Shown here one piece after another: positions 26,737 through 35,703 of a stretch of DNA of 64,000 nucleotides (positions within the stretch are counted from its first letter, which is position 1; each line of letters begins with the position of its first letter). The notes beneath the pieces are model-generated. The model was given only the letters and a program-made list of their open reading frames with translations, was not told the origin of the DNA and ran no database searches. Position numbers and translations under genes: made by a program. Source of the DNA: a virus. The stretch spans positions 6,438 to 70,437 of the IMG/VR virus record IMGVR_UViG_3300031152_000003, one strand, 5' to 3'.

Positions 26737-28088
26737 AGCTGTGCCTCCCTCAGGGACGCCCGCAGGGCGGCCAGGTCGATGGTGCGGTCGGCGTCGGCCG
26801 TCGGGGCCGGGCCGGGTGGTGCGGGGTCGGGGGGTGCGGGCACGTCGTTGCGGGCCTGGTCGATCGCGGCGCGGATGAGCGCACCGGACAGGCCGGTCGG
26901 GTCCGGCGGCGGCTCCGGTGCTGGCTCCGGTTCGGGTCGGGGCAGCGGCGGCAACACCGTCGGCGCGCGGTGCGGTGCCTCGGCGGCGGGGACATCACCC
27001 ATGACGGCAGCGACCGCGGCGGCGAACAGCCCCGGCGACCAGCCCCGCCCATCCGGCGCCGGAACAGCGGCCGGTACCGGTGCGGCGGGGGTCATCGGGA
27101 ACGCCCGAGCCGGAACGGGCTCGGCGGCGGGGGCGTCCTGCCCGAGGCCGCGGATGGTCGCGACGAGCCGGGCCGGGTCGAACGCTGCGTGCGCGGGGGC
27201 AGCTCCGCGGACCACGGCGTCTGCGAACGCGGCCGGGTCCAGCGTCCACCCCGGGCCGGGAACCTCAGGCTCCGGGTGGGGACCGGCCGCCGCGGGGCTC
27301 GGGGGACTCGCGGCGGCCGGCGGGTGCTTCCCAGTGCCCGTCGACCCTACCTCGGGCTCGGGCGCCGGTTGGGCAGGCACGGCCGTGGCCGCGCCTGCCG
27401 CCGGCCCCCCCGCCCCGGCAGCAGCCGGGGGCCGAGCCTGCCACCCCGCAGTGGCCGGCTCGTCTTCGGTCCGCCGGGCGGCGACGCCGACCTCGTCCGC
27501 GAGGCCGGCGTCGACGGCGTCCTGCGCCGGGAACCACGTCTCCGCCCGCATCAGACCGCGCCACTTCGCAACGCCGCCGCGGGCACGGTCGTGGTAGATC
27601 TCCGCGATCATCTGGGACAGCTGGTCCAACACTTCGGACATGGCGCCCATGTCGTCGCAGGTGCCCATGCAGACACCGCCAGCGTCGTGGATCATCCACT
27701 GCGACTGGGCGGCGGTGACGATCCGGTCGCCGGCCATCGCGATGAACGACGCCGCGCTGAGGGCCGCCCCGTCCACCGACACCGTGACGGTCGCCGGGTG
27801 CGCCCGCAGCGCGTGGTAGATCGCCAGGCCGTCCCACACCTCACCCCCCGGCGAGTTGATGTGCACAGTCACATCGGCCGCCTGGGTCGCGGTCAGCGCG
27901 GCGACGAAGTCCCCGGCCGTCACCCCCCACGCGCCGATCTCGTCGTAGATCCACACCTCGGCCGCCGGCCCGGCGTTCGTGATCCGGAACCAGGTCCGGG
28001 CCGTCGCGGTCAGGTTCGTCGGCCTCGCCTGATCCTGCTTGGGCCGCCGGTCGAGCATGGCCCGCACACGGTCGAGATCCACCGTCAT
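26733..28088 (-). CDS. ClpP/S14-like prohead protease fused to long Pro/Ala-rich scaffold-like C-terminal region
   Basis: VHINSPGGEVWDGLAIYHAL matches ClpP-family Ser site; about 250 aa PA-rich low complexity after it. Confidence 0.75.
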   Translation of the reverse strand: MTVDLDRVRAMLDRRPKQDQARPTNLTATARTWFRITNAGPAAEVWIYDEIGAWGVTAGDFVAALTATQAADVTVHINSPGGEVWDGLAIYHALRAHPATVTVSVDGAALSAASFIAMAGDRIVTAAQSQWMIHDAGGVCMGTCDDMGAMSEVLDQLSQMIAEIYHDRARGGVAKWRGLMRAETWFPAQDAVDAGLADEVGVAARRTEDEPATAGWQARPPAAAGAGGPAAGAATAVPAQPAPEPEVGSTGTGKHPPAAASPPSPAAAGPHPEPEVPGPGWTLDPAAFADAVVRGAAPAHAAFDPARLVATIRGLGQDAPAAEPVPARAFPMTPAAPVPAAVPAPDGRGWSPGLFAAAVAAVMGDVPAAEAPHRAPTVLPPLPRPEPEPAPEPPPDPTGLSGALIRAAIDQARNDVPAPPDPAPPGPAPTADADRTIDLAALRASLREAQL

Positions 28089-28381
28089 CAAGACCCCTCA
28101 TATTCGGTGGCGCCACGGCCGAGCCCCGGACCGAGGACGGGCCGAAGCCGAAGCGACCGGTTCGCGCACCGGCCACCCGCAGCCCGCCGGTTGTGGACGC
28201 GCATCATGCGTCGCTCAGCGCCGCCCTGGGTGAACGCCCGCTCGGCGGAGCAGTCGCAGCCGTCGCCCCACGACACCTCGCACTGCCATGGGCGGGTGAA
28301 CAGCCGGCCGCGTCGGGACGCGCCCCACGCCTGCCATCCGACGCGGTAGGGGTCGGCGAACGGCTCTCTCGTCCTGGTCAT
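28088..28381 (-). CDS. small Cys-rich protein (97 aa) between portal and protease
   Basis: GC3-rich tail of listed Arg-rich ORF 28088..29926; ATGA overlaps both neighbours. Confidence 0.45.
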   Translation of the reverse strand: MTRTREPFADPYRVGWQAWGASRRGRLFTRPWQCEVSWGDGCDCSAERAFTQGGAERRMMRVHNRRAAGGRCANRSLRLRPVLGPGLGRGATEYEGS

Positions 28382-30558
28382 CGCCACACCCCTGCCAGCG
28401 TGCCCCGACACCGTTCCCGGCCGAGGCAGCCCACGTAGCCGCCGTACGCGCCGCCCGGGTAGAACTTCAGCGCCCGGTCGAGCTCGTCGGTGTTCCCCAG
28501 CCACTTCCCGTCGATCTCCGCACATGGCGCACACCGGCTCGCGTCGTTGATCTCCACGGCGTATATGGCCCCGACCGTCTTCGATCCCCGCAGCGTCTCG
28601 ACCCGCGCGGCGTTCTGCGCCCCCGTCAGCGCCGCGCCAAGCTGCCGTGCCGGCTCCGCATCGGTCAGCGCGTCGAGCGCATCCGCCACAGCGTCGGCAA
28701 CGCCGTCGGGGGTGGCGTCCGGTCCGTTCGCCCGCATCGCCGCGGACGTCGCCGACAGCCGCAGGCCGGTGCCGAGCTGGTCGGCCACCACGCGGGCCAC
28801 GTCCGGCATGCCGCCGGGCACGACCGGGCCGAGGTCGACACCCTGCGCAGCGGCCTCTGCTACGAGCCGGGCGGCGGCCTTCTCCGCGATGTCCTCCATC
28901 GCCGCGGACAGCTCGGCCGCGGTTGCGTCCACGTCCACGGTCAGCCCGGCCAGGTCCGCCAGTGACCCGGACCGGGCGATCCTCCGGATGGCGTCCACGA
29001 GGCCGGACTTCTGGTCGTCGCCCAGGTCCGCCCACACCGCAAGTAGCACGGCGAGGGCGGCTTCCCAGTCGTCCTGCAGCGGCTGCACGTCGGGCAGTTC
29101 GGCCGGGTCCAGGTCGGGCTGCGCGTTCCGCGGCCGACCGGCCAGGGCTAACGGCTGGCGGCCCGACGGGATCACCGGCTGCCGCGACTCGGGCTGCGGA
29201 ACCGCGCCCAGTCCAGCACCGGCCCGGTTCAGGATGTCCCGGGCCTCGTCCCAGGTGATGCACCTGTCTACGCCGAGGTAGATCGACTGGACCATGTCGG
29301 CCAGTTCCCGCGGCGACATGGTCCCCTCGCCGCCGCCTCCGTCGGCACCGACGCTGGACCCGACGGCGATGTCGGGCAGGTCGAACGCCGCGAGCACCTC
29401 GGCCTTGTCGAACCCCGCCGCGATCAGCGATACGGCCGCATTGACCTTGGAGTCCCGCGCGGCGTTCTCCGCCTCCCAGTCCTCCGCGACCGGGTTCACG
29501 TAGTCGAACTCCAGCTCGGCCGCCGACGGGCCGTACATGGGCAGGAGCCGCCGGTTCAACGCGCCCCGGAAGCGTTCGCATCTCGGGACGGTGAAGTGCT
29601 TGTCGAACCACCTGTCGCTCGCGTCGGCCGTGGCCCGGTTGACGTCGTCGAGCATGCCGACGGCGAACTTCGGCATGCCGAACGCCCGCAGGATCGCGTC
29701 GGTGGTGACGCCCATGCCCTCGATGAACTGCATGTCCCGCTGGCTGATGTTGCGGTCGATCCACTTGCCCTGCTCGATCACCGCGACCCGATGGGCGTTG
29801 GCCACGCCGCGGTGCTGCTCCTGCCAGCGCGCGGTCATCTCCGCGAACTCGTCGTCCTGGAGACGCTTCTCCACCTCGATGATCCCGCCCGGCTCCGCGC
29901 TGTTCCGGAAGAACGTCCGGTTCCATTCCTTCTGCGCCGTGTCCGTGTCCAGGTCGGTCAGGATCGACTGCACCGGCCCCATCCCCCGGTACGGATCCAG
30001 CGGGTTCGGCATCCTGGTGAAGATCACCTGGTCGCGCTCGAGCGGGATGTGCTCACTGTCCGGGCTGGTGTAGACGTAGCCGCGGATGAACTTCTCCCGG
30101 TCCGGCACCGGCGTCATCCGGTCCGGACGCACCGGCCAGATCTCCAGCGGCAGGCCCTTCGTACCGCCTGCGCGGGCGACTACCCACCAGCCCTCGCCGG
30201 TCAGGTCGAGGTGCTGCTGGCTGGTCTCGAACAGCTCCTCGCGGGAGAAGAACTGGTTCGGGGTGTTCAGCAGGTCCAGCGCGGCGTGCCGGGTGACGGG
30301 GGTGCGGTCTTCCTTCTTCCCCGACGCCGCCGTGCGCCACAGGCCCCACTCGACCGCGGCCGTTGAGGTGGAGGTGCGGTTGACGATGGCGAACAGCGTC
30401 CCCACGGTGCCCATCGCCCGGAGCTGGGCTTCCTGCCCCGACGGGGTGGACCACACTGCGGACAGCCGGTTGTCCGAACCGCGGCCCACGTAGGGGACGG
30501 GGGAGTCGTTCCGGGGTCGGCGGACAGCGCTAGCGGCTGCGGCGAGAAGGGACCTCAC
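28378..30558 (-). CDS. portal protein with extended C-terminal domain (726 aa)
   Basis: size and position between TerL and protease; Cys-rich C-terminal tail CAPCAEIDG...CLGRERCRG. Confidence 0.75.
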   Translation of the reverse strand: MRSLLAAAASAVRRPRNDSPVPYVGRGSDNRLSAVWSTPSGQEAQLRAMGTVGTLFAIVNRTSTSTAAVEWGLWRTAASGKKEDRTPVTRHAALDLLNTPNQFFSREELFETSQQHLDLTGEGWWVVARAGGTKGLPLEIWPVRPDRMTPVPDREKFIRGYVYTSPDSEHIPLERDQVIFTRMPNPLDPYRGMGPVQSILTDLDTDTAQKEWNRTFFRNSAEPGGIIEVEKRLQDDEFAEMTARWQEQHRGVANAHRVAVIEQGKWIDRNISQRDMQFIEGMGVTTDAILRAFGMPKFAVGMLDDVNRATADASDRWFDKHFTVPRCERFRGALNRRLLPMYGPSAAELEFDYVNPVAEDWEAENAARDSKVNAAVSLIAAGFDKAEVLAAFDLPDIAVGSSVGADGGGGEGTMSPRELADMVQSIYLGVDRCITWDEARDILNRAGAGLGAVPQPESRQPVIPSGRQPLALAGRPRNAQPDLDPAELPDVQPLQDDWEAALAVLLAVWADLGDDQKSGLVDAIRRIARSGSLADLAGLTVDVDATAAELSAAMEDIAEKAAARLVAEAAAQGVDLGPVVPGGMPDVARVVADQLGTGLRLSATSAAMRANGPDATPDGVADAVADALDALTDAEPARQLGAALTGAQNAARVETLRGSKTVGAIYAVEINDASRCAPCAEIDGKWLGNTDELDRALKFYPGGAYGGYVGCLGRERCRGTLAGVWR

Positions 30559-30872
30559 CTGCCGCCGCCGGCCGAGCGGCGCGGTGAGTCGTCGTCGAGG
30601 TGGATGTGCAGTTCAACCAGCCACAGCCCGAGCCCGGCGGCGAGGAGGCCGGCCCAGGGGCGCCAGGTGGCGGCGGCGGCGGTGCCGCAGCACACGGCGG
30701 CGACGGTAAGGAGGTGTGGTGCGACCGCGACCCAGCCGCGGGCTATCACCCGTCCGGCCGCACGGCGGGCCGTCACAGTCCGTCGCCGGGGTTGGATCAC
30801 ATCCGTGGCGTAGGCCAGCAGTGACGGCGGATGGTGCCCGTTTGCCTCCACCGGCACACGCAGGTCCGTCAC
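30555..30872 (-). CDS. membrane protein (105 aa)
   Basis: GTG start; hydrophobic helices; very high GC3. Confidence 0.45.
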   Translation of the reverse strand: MTDLRVPVEANGHHPPSLLAYATDVIQPRRRTVTARRAAGRVIARGWVAVAPHLLTVAAVCCGTAAAATWRPWAGLLAAGLGLWLVELHIHLDDDSPRRSAGGGR

Positions 30873-30990
30873 ACGAGCAGAGTAAGCCCCGGTTACAGCA
30901 TGTGGCCATCACCTGCCCGGATGCGGCGCGGCGGGGCCGAACGAGTGACACCGTTGAACCAGCCGCACGGCGAGGGCAGGCTCAGTCGGT

Positions 30991-31593
30991 ATGACGACAA
31001 CCCTCAACCCGGCCGCCCCGTGGTGGGACGAGTACGCCGACATGCTCCCCGGCCCGTTCCTCGACACCATCGCCGTCGAAGACACCGCCGAGCGGATCTG
31101 CACCTACGAGACCAGCATGGTCCCCGGGCTGCTGCAGACTCCGGAGTACGCCCGGATGGTCATGACCGCCGCCGGTGCCGAACCGGACCTGGTCGAGCGG
31201 GGCGTGCGGCTGCGGCTGGCCAGGCAGCGGATCCTGTCCCCGGACCGGGCCACCCGGCTGGACGTGATCCTGGACGAGGCCGTCGTGGTCCGGGCCGCCC
31301 AGGTCGACACCGGGCAGCTCGGCGCCCTGCTGACCTGGCCCCAGCGGCCCTACGTCACGGTCCGGGTGGTGCCGTTCACCGCCGGACCGGTCATCCCCGG
31401 GCAGGCCCCGTTCAGCGTGCTCCACACCGCGGGCGGGGTGCTGGCCTACGCGGAGAGCCCCCGCGGGGCGGTCCTGTCGGATGCTGCAGCGTTCGGCTGG
31501 GATGCGCTGTTCGACCGGCTCGACGCGCTCGCCGCATCACCGGAGGAGTCCGCCGAGCTGATCCGCGGCGCCAGGCGGGCGGCCCAGGGCTGA
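30991..31593 (+). CDS. DUF5753-domain protein lacking the usual N-terminal XRE HTH (Scr1-antitoxin-like C-domain only)
   Basis: ICTYETSMVPGLLQTPEYARMVM...LDVILDEAVV...VTVRVVPF matches DUF5753; in-frame stop at 30955-30957 leaves no room for an HTH; opposite strand to surrounding operon. Confidence 0.65.
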   Translation: MTTTLNPAAPWWDEYADMLPGPFLDTIAVEDTAERICTYETSMVPGLLQTPEYARMVMTAAGAEPDLVERGVRLRLARQRILSPDRATRLDVILDEAVVVRAAQVDTGQLGALLTWPQRPYVTVRVVPFTAGPVIPGQAPFSVLHTAGGVLAYAESPRGAVLSDAAAFGWDALFDRLDALAASPEESAELIRGARRAAQG

Positions 31594-31678
31594 TCGTCGG
31601 GATCCGGGTCGGCGGCTGCCAGCGCACCGCCGACCGGATCGTCCGCCGGCTCGAGCACCCCGCCGGACAGGGCGTACC

Positions 31679-31912
31679 TCATGCCCTCACCGCGCCGATC
31701 TGCTCCGCCGCAACCACCAGCGCCCGGCCGCCGAGGTGCCCGGCGGAGATCCGGGCGGCCATCGCATCGACCTCCGACTGCAGCACCGACGGGCCGACAC
31801 GGACCACGAGAGTGTCCCCGGGCCGGATCACGAGGCCCTCGGCCGCGCCCTCGGGCAGCACGACCGTAACGGGCGGACCAGGCGGCGGGGTGGGTGGGGT
31901 TGGTTCGGTCAT
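31679..31912 (-). CDS. hypothetical protein (77 aa)
   Basis: ATG 31912 in ATGA overlap with TerL stop. Confidence 0.45.
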   Translation of the reverse strand: MTEPTPPTPPPGPPVTVVLPEGAAEGLVIRPGDTLVVRVGPSVLQSEVDAMAARISAGHLGGRALVVAAEQIGAVRA

Positions 31913-33234
31913 TGCAGAATCCTCACTCTCGGACGGGCGCCCTGGTCCACCTCGGCGCACAAATACCGCATACAGTCCATTGCGTGATCATTCAGCTTTA
32001 ACGGTCGCTCTTTCTCCTCTTTGCCATCCTTCGCCGGCTCCCACACGTACCCGTCGATCTCCTCGACCGTGCACGTCGGCCTGCTCACCTCGGCCAGCTC
32101 CGGGTCCCGCTCGACCAGGGCGTCCCGCAGCACGAACAGCCGGGGCTTCCCGTCCCCCGCCGATCGCAAGCGCGCTTGCACGGCCTGGATGCCTTCCGCT
32201 ACCGCCTTCACTGCTGGCACCGTCGACATGCCGAAGTGGCGTTCCCACGTCGCCCTGTCCTCCGCATCGTGATCCGCGATGATCGCCCGCGGCTTCGGCA
32301 CCGCCCACTTCCCGTCGGGCGCGCACAGCCGCAGCACATGCCGGGCGTGATCCTCCACGAGACGCCGGGTCCGATACACCTCACGCAGGAGGAACAGGCG
32401 GCCGTCGGGATCCTCAGCCCACTCCTGCCAGACGAACGGATTCGTGTACCCCCAGTCGATAACGTGCCAGCGGGTCCACGACGGCGGCGGCTCGAACCTG
32501 TCCAGAATGTGCACGGCAGGCGACCAGTCTTCGTACACGGTCCCCTCAGAGCTGACCCACCGTCCCCAGCGGAGCCGCTGGTACCGGGCGCCGGAAAGGG
32601 CCTCCAGCCTCTCCAGGTAGATGGTTCCGCGGTGCGTCCACGCCCCATCCGTATACAGCAACGGGTTGTCTTCGTGCTGGCTATAGAGCATGACTAGCCG
32701 GTGGTCACGTTCCATCGTCTTCAGATGGTGAGTTGGTGCGCCGGGGTTCGATGCCATGATCAGCTGCTGGTACGGCAGGCGCCCATTTCGGAGCCGAGTG
32801 TTGATCGTCTCGATGTCCTCCAACGACAGCTCTACGGCTTCGTCCGCGAAACACAGGTCGTACTCGGTACTGAGGAAAGCGGTCGCCTTGTCGCTCCCGC
32901 CCATCACCAGGACGGAGCCGTTGGAGTACCGGTAGCTGGCCGGCTCCTGCTGACTGCCGCCATAGAACTTCACCAGCCCGGCCGCGATGGCTTCGGCCGC
33001 AACCTTCTCCCGAAACGAAACGAGAGTTGACGCGGTCAGCGAGGTGAGGGTCTTCCGGACGACCAAACACCGGACCTTGGGCACGGTCGCGCAGGCGAGG
33101 TGCAGCTTCATCAGGCAGGGCACGGACTTGCCGGTGCCAGCCGCGCCGGACAGGAGGATCATCGGCGCCTTGCTGCGCATCATCACCGCCGCAGCGCCGC
33201 GCGGTTCGAACCGGACCACGGTCATGTCGGTCAT
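31909..33234 (-). CDS. terminase large subunit
   Basis: Walker A LLSGAAGTGKS near N-terminus; size 441 aa; conserved acidic nuclease-like C-half. Confidence 0.85.
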   Translation of the reverse strand: MTDMTVVRFEPRGAAAVMMRSKAPMILLSGAAGTGKSVPCLMKLHLACATVPKVRCLVVRKTLTSLTASTLVSFREKVAAEAIAAGLVKFYGGSQQEPASYRYSNGSVLVMGGSDKATAFLSTEYDLCFADEAVELSLEDIETINTRLRNGRLPYQQLIMASNPGAPTHHLKTMERDHRLVMLYSQHEDNPLLYTDGAWTHRGTIYLERLEALSGARYQRLRWGRWVSSEGTVYEDWSPAVHILDRFEPPPSWTRWHVIDWGYTNPFVWQEWAEDPDGRLFLLREVYRTRRLVEDHARHVLRLCAPDGKWAVPKPRAIIADHDAEDRATWERHFGMSTVPAVKAVAEGIQAVQARLRSAGDGKPRLFVLRDALVERDPELAEVSRPTCTVEEIDGYVWEPAKDGKEEKERPLKLNDHAMDCMRYLCAEVDQGARPRVRILQ

Positions 33235-34028
33235 GCCGGCGGCCCGGCCTTCACCAGCGCAAGATAGTCCAAGGCTGCCAGTAGCCGCGCTTCGTCTTCA
33301 CCGAACATGCCCAGCCCGGTATTGCACGGCCCGCACAGCAGCCCTCGGACACACCTCGGGCATCCTCTGTCCGGAGCACAATGCGTGTGATCATGGTCGA
33401 CGTGCAGGCGACGGCTGTAGGCGATCGTGCCGCAGATCGCGCAACCGCCACCCTGCTTTCGCAGAGTTTCTGTGTACCAATCCGGCTCCACCCCATACCG
33501 GCGCGCGATGAACGCCGCGTAGTGGCAGTTGGTGCAACGCGGTGAGCGGCCGTCCGTCGATGCGCTGTTCCGGCTGAAGGTCGTCTCGGGCAGCCATTTG
33601 TCGCACACTCGGCACTGCTTCCGACCCTGGTCGTCCCGCTCGCAGGGATTACGGCGACGGTATGAGAATGCTGCTCCCGCGTCGCCCGTGCGGTTCCATC
33701 GGGCGTAGTGGCTGGCGCAGTATCCGCGGGCCGAGTGAGGGTCATCGCAGTCAGGGATGCAGCAGTCCGTTTTGGTAGTCCGGATCTCGACGGGACCGGG
33801 ATCACCGCTCCTGGACCATCTACGCCAATGCGCGCCGCAGAATCCATGTGCGTAGTGCGCTCGGTCGCACTCCTCGACGGCGCACACTGCGTGTTGGCGC
33901 CTGACCGGTTCGGCGGGTCCGGGCGCGCCGTTCTTCCGCCATCTCTGCCAGTGCAGGGAGCAGTAGCTTCGTGCCAGGTTGGGCCGGGCGCAGCCCGACA
34001 CGGAGCAGGCGGTTGTACGCTTCGCCAC
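33231..34028 (-). CDS. HNH/endonuclease VII-family nuclease with three CxxxGCxRxxxARGYCxxHYxRWxRxG repeats
   Basis: C-terminal LHVDHDHTHCAPDRGCPRCVRGLLCGPCNTGLG resembles Endonuclease VII; GTG 34028 with AAGAGGTG RBS. Confidence 0.65.
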   Translation of the reverse strand: MAKRTTACSVSGCARPNLARSYCSLHWQRWRKNGAPGPAEPVRRQHAVCAVEECDRAHYAHGFCGAHWRRWSRSGDPGPVEIRTTKTDCCIPDCDDPHSARGYCASHYARWNRTGDAGAAFSYRRRNPCERDDQGRKQCRVCDKWLPETTFSRNSASTDGRSPRCTNCHYAAFIARRYGVEPDWYTETLRKQGGGCAICGTIAYSRRLHVDHDHTHCAPDRGCPRCVRGLLCGPCNTGLGMFGEDEARLLAALDYLALVKAGPPA

Positions 34029-34104
34029 GAGGGCACCTCTTCGACAGGTGAACTCCACGCCTCGGGTCGGTGACAGCCGACGCCGGGGCCTTCTCGTGAC
34101 AATT

Positions 34105-34638
34105 CTAGTCGATGCCGGCATCTCCGCCGACGATCTCGTCCGGGTCCACGCCGACGATCTCGTACCGCACTCCACCCGACAGGCTGACCTTCGTCTCCGC
34201 GTCGAGGCCGAGGAGCTTACGGCGGGACTCCGACAGTCCCTGCAGCAGCCGGGCCGCCGCGAGTGCGGGGGCGTCGTCTTCCAACGCCTCACCGTCCCAC
34301 TCGACGACACCCTTGTTGTTGTAGGCCAGGTGGGGCCGGTTCATGATCTGCGTGGCCTTCGCGACCAGCTTGTCGAGCCGGTCCAGCTCGACCTGCCGGG
34401 CCTCCGCGCCGGCCTCTGCGGGTGCCGCGGCGAGGGCACGCTGCACGGCGTCGCGGGCGGAGGAGTGGTCGGCGTAGCCCAGGGCGCGGGCGATCTCCCG
34501 GTAGGACAGGCCGTCGACGCGGTGCCGCGCGGCGCGGGCGTCGAGTTCGGCGGTCTCGATCGAGCGGGTGAATTTGCCGTCGCCGTCCCGGGCTGCCGGC
34601 GGGGGACCGGTCTGGCGTGGGGGCGGGGGGTTGGTCAC
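34105..34638 (-). CDS. terminase small subunit candidate with sigma-70 region 4/LuxR-like HTH
   Basis: GLSYREIARALGYADHSSARDAVQRA motif; position directly upstream of HNH-TerL. Confidence 0.5.
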   Translation of the reverse strand: MTNPPPPRQTGPPPAARDGDGKFTRSIETAELDARAARHRVDGLSYREIARALGYADHSSARDAVQRALAAAPAEAGAEARQVELDRLDKLVAKATQIMNRPHLAYNNKGVVEWDGEALEDDAPALAAARLLQGLSESRRKLLGLDAETKVSLSGGVRYEIVGVDPDEIVGGDAGID

Positions 34639-34847
34639 GGTGTGTCGCTGGCTGGTTCTGGTGTGGGTTGGGTGAGTGAGGTGATGAGGCCGAAGACGAG
34701 TAGGTCGATGGCGTCTTCGGTGCGTGCGGCGGCTTGCACGATTTGTGGCTTGTCGCGGCGCAACTCGTTGGCGATGCGGGCGCGTTCTTGGCGGCGTTCG
34801 TGGTCGGGGTTGGTGCCGCAGGCGGGGCAGGTGTCGGGTTCGGTCAT
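34635..34847 (-). CDS. small zinc-ribbon protein (70 aa)
   Basis: CPACG motif; GTGA/ATGA coupling. Confidence 0.4.
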   Translation of the reverse strand: MTEPDTCPACGTNPDHERRQERARIANELRRDKPQIVQAAARTEDAIDLLVFGLITSLTQPTPEPASDTP

Positions 34848-34975
34848 GTGAACCTCAGGACGATGCGGATGATGGCCCAGCAGAGGACTGCGGTGGTGCC
34901 GAGTCCGATGGTGAGTGCGACGGCGGCGACTGCGACGGCGCCGCGGATGATGCGGCGTTCGTCGAGGCTGGTCAT
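34844..34975 (-). CDS. 43-aa hydrophobic peptide
   Basis: MTSLDERRIIRGAVAVAAVALTIGLGTTAVLCWAIIRIVLRFT; ATGA overlaps on both sides; not in the ORF track (<60 aa). Confidence 0.3.
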   Translation of the reverse strand: MTSLDERRIIRGAVAVAAVALTIGLGTTAVLCWAIIRIVLRFT

Positions 34976-35178
34976 GGCCGGTCCACGTCGAGTGCGGTCT
35001 GCCCGGGGATGGTGGGGTGGCCGGCGGTCTGGCCGTTGGCGCGGGCGGCTTCGCGTGCCTGGCGGGCTTCGATGACGAGGACGCCGGCCATTTGGGATCG
35101 GGTGCGGTGTTCGCGTGCGGCTTCGGCGTTGATCCAGTCGATCATGTCTGGGTCGACGCGGACGGTGAGGTGCGCCAT
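34972..35178 (-). CDS. ribbon-helix-helix (CopG/Arc-like) DNA-binding protein
   Basis: MIDWINAEAAREHRTRSQMAGVLVIEA fits an RHH beta-strand plus two helices. Confidence 0.55.
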   Translation of the reverse strand: MAHLTVRVDPDMIDWINAEAAREHRTRSQMAGVLVIEARQAREAARANGQTAGHPTIPGQTALDVDRP

Positions 35179-35205
35179 GTGTCGGATGGTACGGGTTGTG
35201 TGCGG

Positions 35206-35451
35206 TCAGGGTTTGTCGTGTCGGCCGAGTGGTGACCGTGGCGGAAGGTGTGCCTGTTCGGCGATGACGTTGAAGATGCGGTCGAGGGCTTCGTCGTCGG
35301 GGTTGAGTGCGTCGACGTCGAGGTCGGGGACGAGCCGGGCGAGGAGGTCGCGTCCGGCCCGTCGGGAGGCGCGGCGTGCGTGGATGGCGTAGACGACGGC
35401 GAGGGCGGCGGCTGCCCAGATGCCGGCGACTACGGCCCAGGTGGTGCCCAC
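35206..35451 (-). CDS. small membrane-anchored protein
   Basis: GTG 35451 after AAAGGA RBS; TM helix WAVVAGIWAAAALAVVYAI. Confidence 0.4.
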   Translation of the reverse strand: MGTTWAVVAGIWAAAALAVVYAIHARRASRRAGRDLLARLVPDLDVDALNPDDEALDRIFNVIAEQAHLPPRSPLGRHDKP

Positions 35452-35699
35452 GGCAGGGTCCTTTCGTCGATGATGGTGCGGCCGACGATGACGGGTAGGC
35501 CGTCGGTTCGGGCGCAGTCGATGCCGACGACCATCTCGTTGAGTGCGGGGTCGGCCTGGTCGTCCACGAGTTGCGCGAGGATGACGGGTGACTTGTATCG
35601 CATGGTTTGTCCGGTGAAGCGGGCGCCGTCGAGTTGGGGCCATTGGCCGGTTTCGGCCCAGAGTTCGGCGGTGACGGGGACCCAGTAGGTGGCGGTCAT
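35430..35699 (-). CDS. hypothetical protein (89 aa)
   Basis: GC3-rich ORF in operon direction. Confidence 0.45.
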   Translation of the reverse strand: MTATYWVPVTAELWAETGQWPQLDGARFTGQTMRYKSPVILAQLVDDQADPALNEMVVGIDCARTDGLPVIVGRTIIDERTLPWAPPGP

Positions 35700-35703
35700 C
35701 GAA

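Noticed and set aside
28088-29926. Long Arg/Gly-rich ORFs on the antisense or alternative frames of real genes (also 20788..22098, 7504..8388, 23371..25287, 25330..27597, 26970..28349, 57416..58681)
   Set aside because: Low GC3, homopolymeric Arg/Gly/Pro composition and full overlap with well-supported genes. Typical high-GC shadow ORFs; only GC3-rich terminal segments were kept as small genes.
31446-31682. 78-aa minus-strand ORF
   Set aside because: Entirely antisense to the well-supported DUF5753 gene, with low-complexity Ala/Ser/Asp content.
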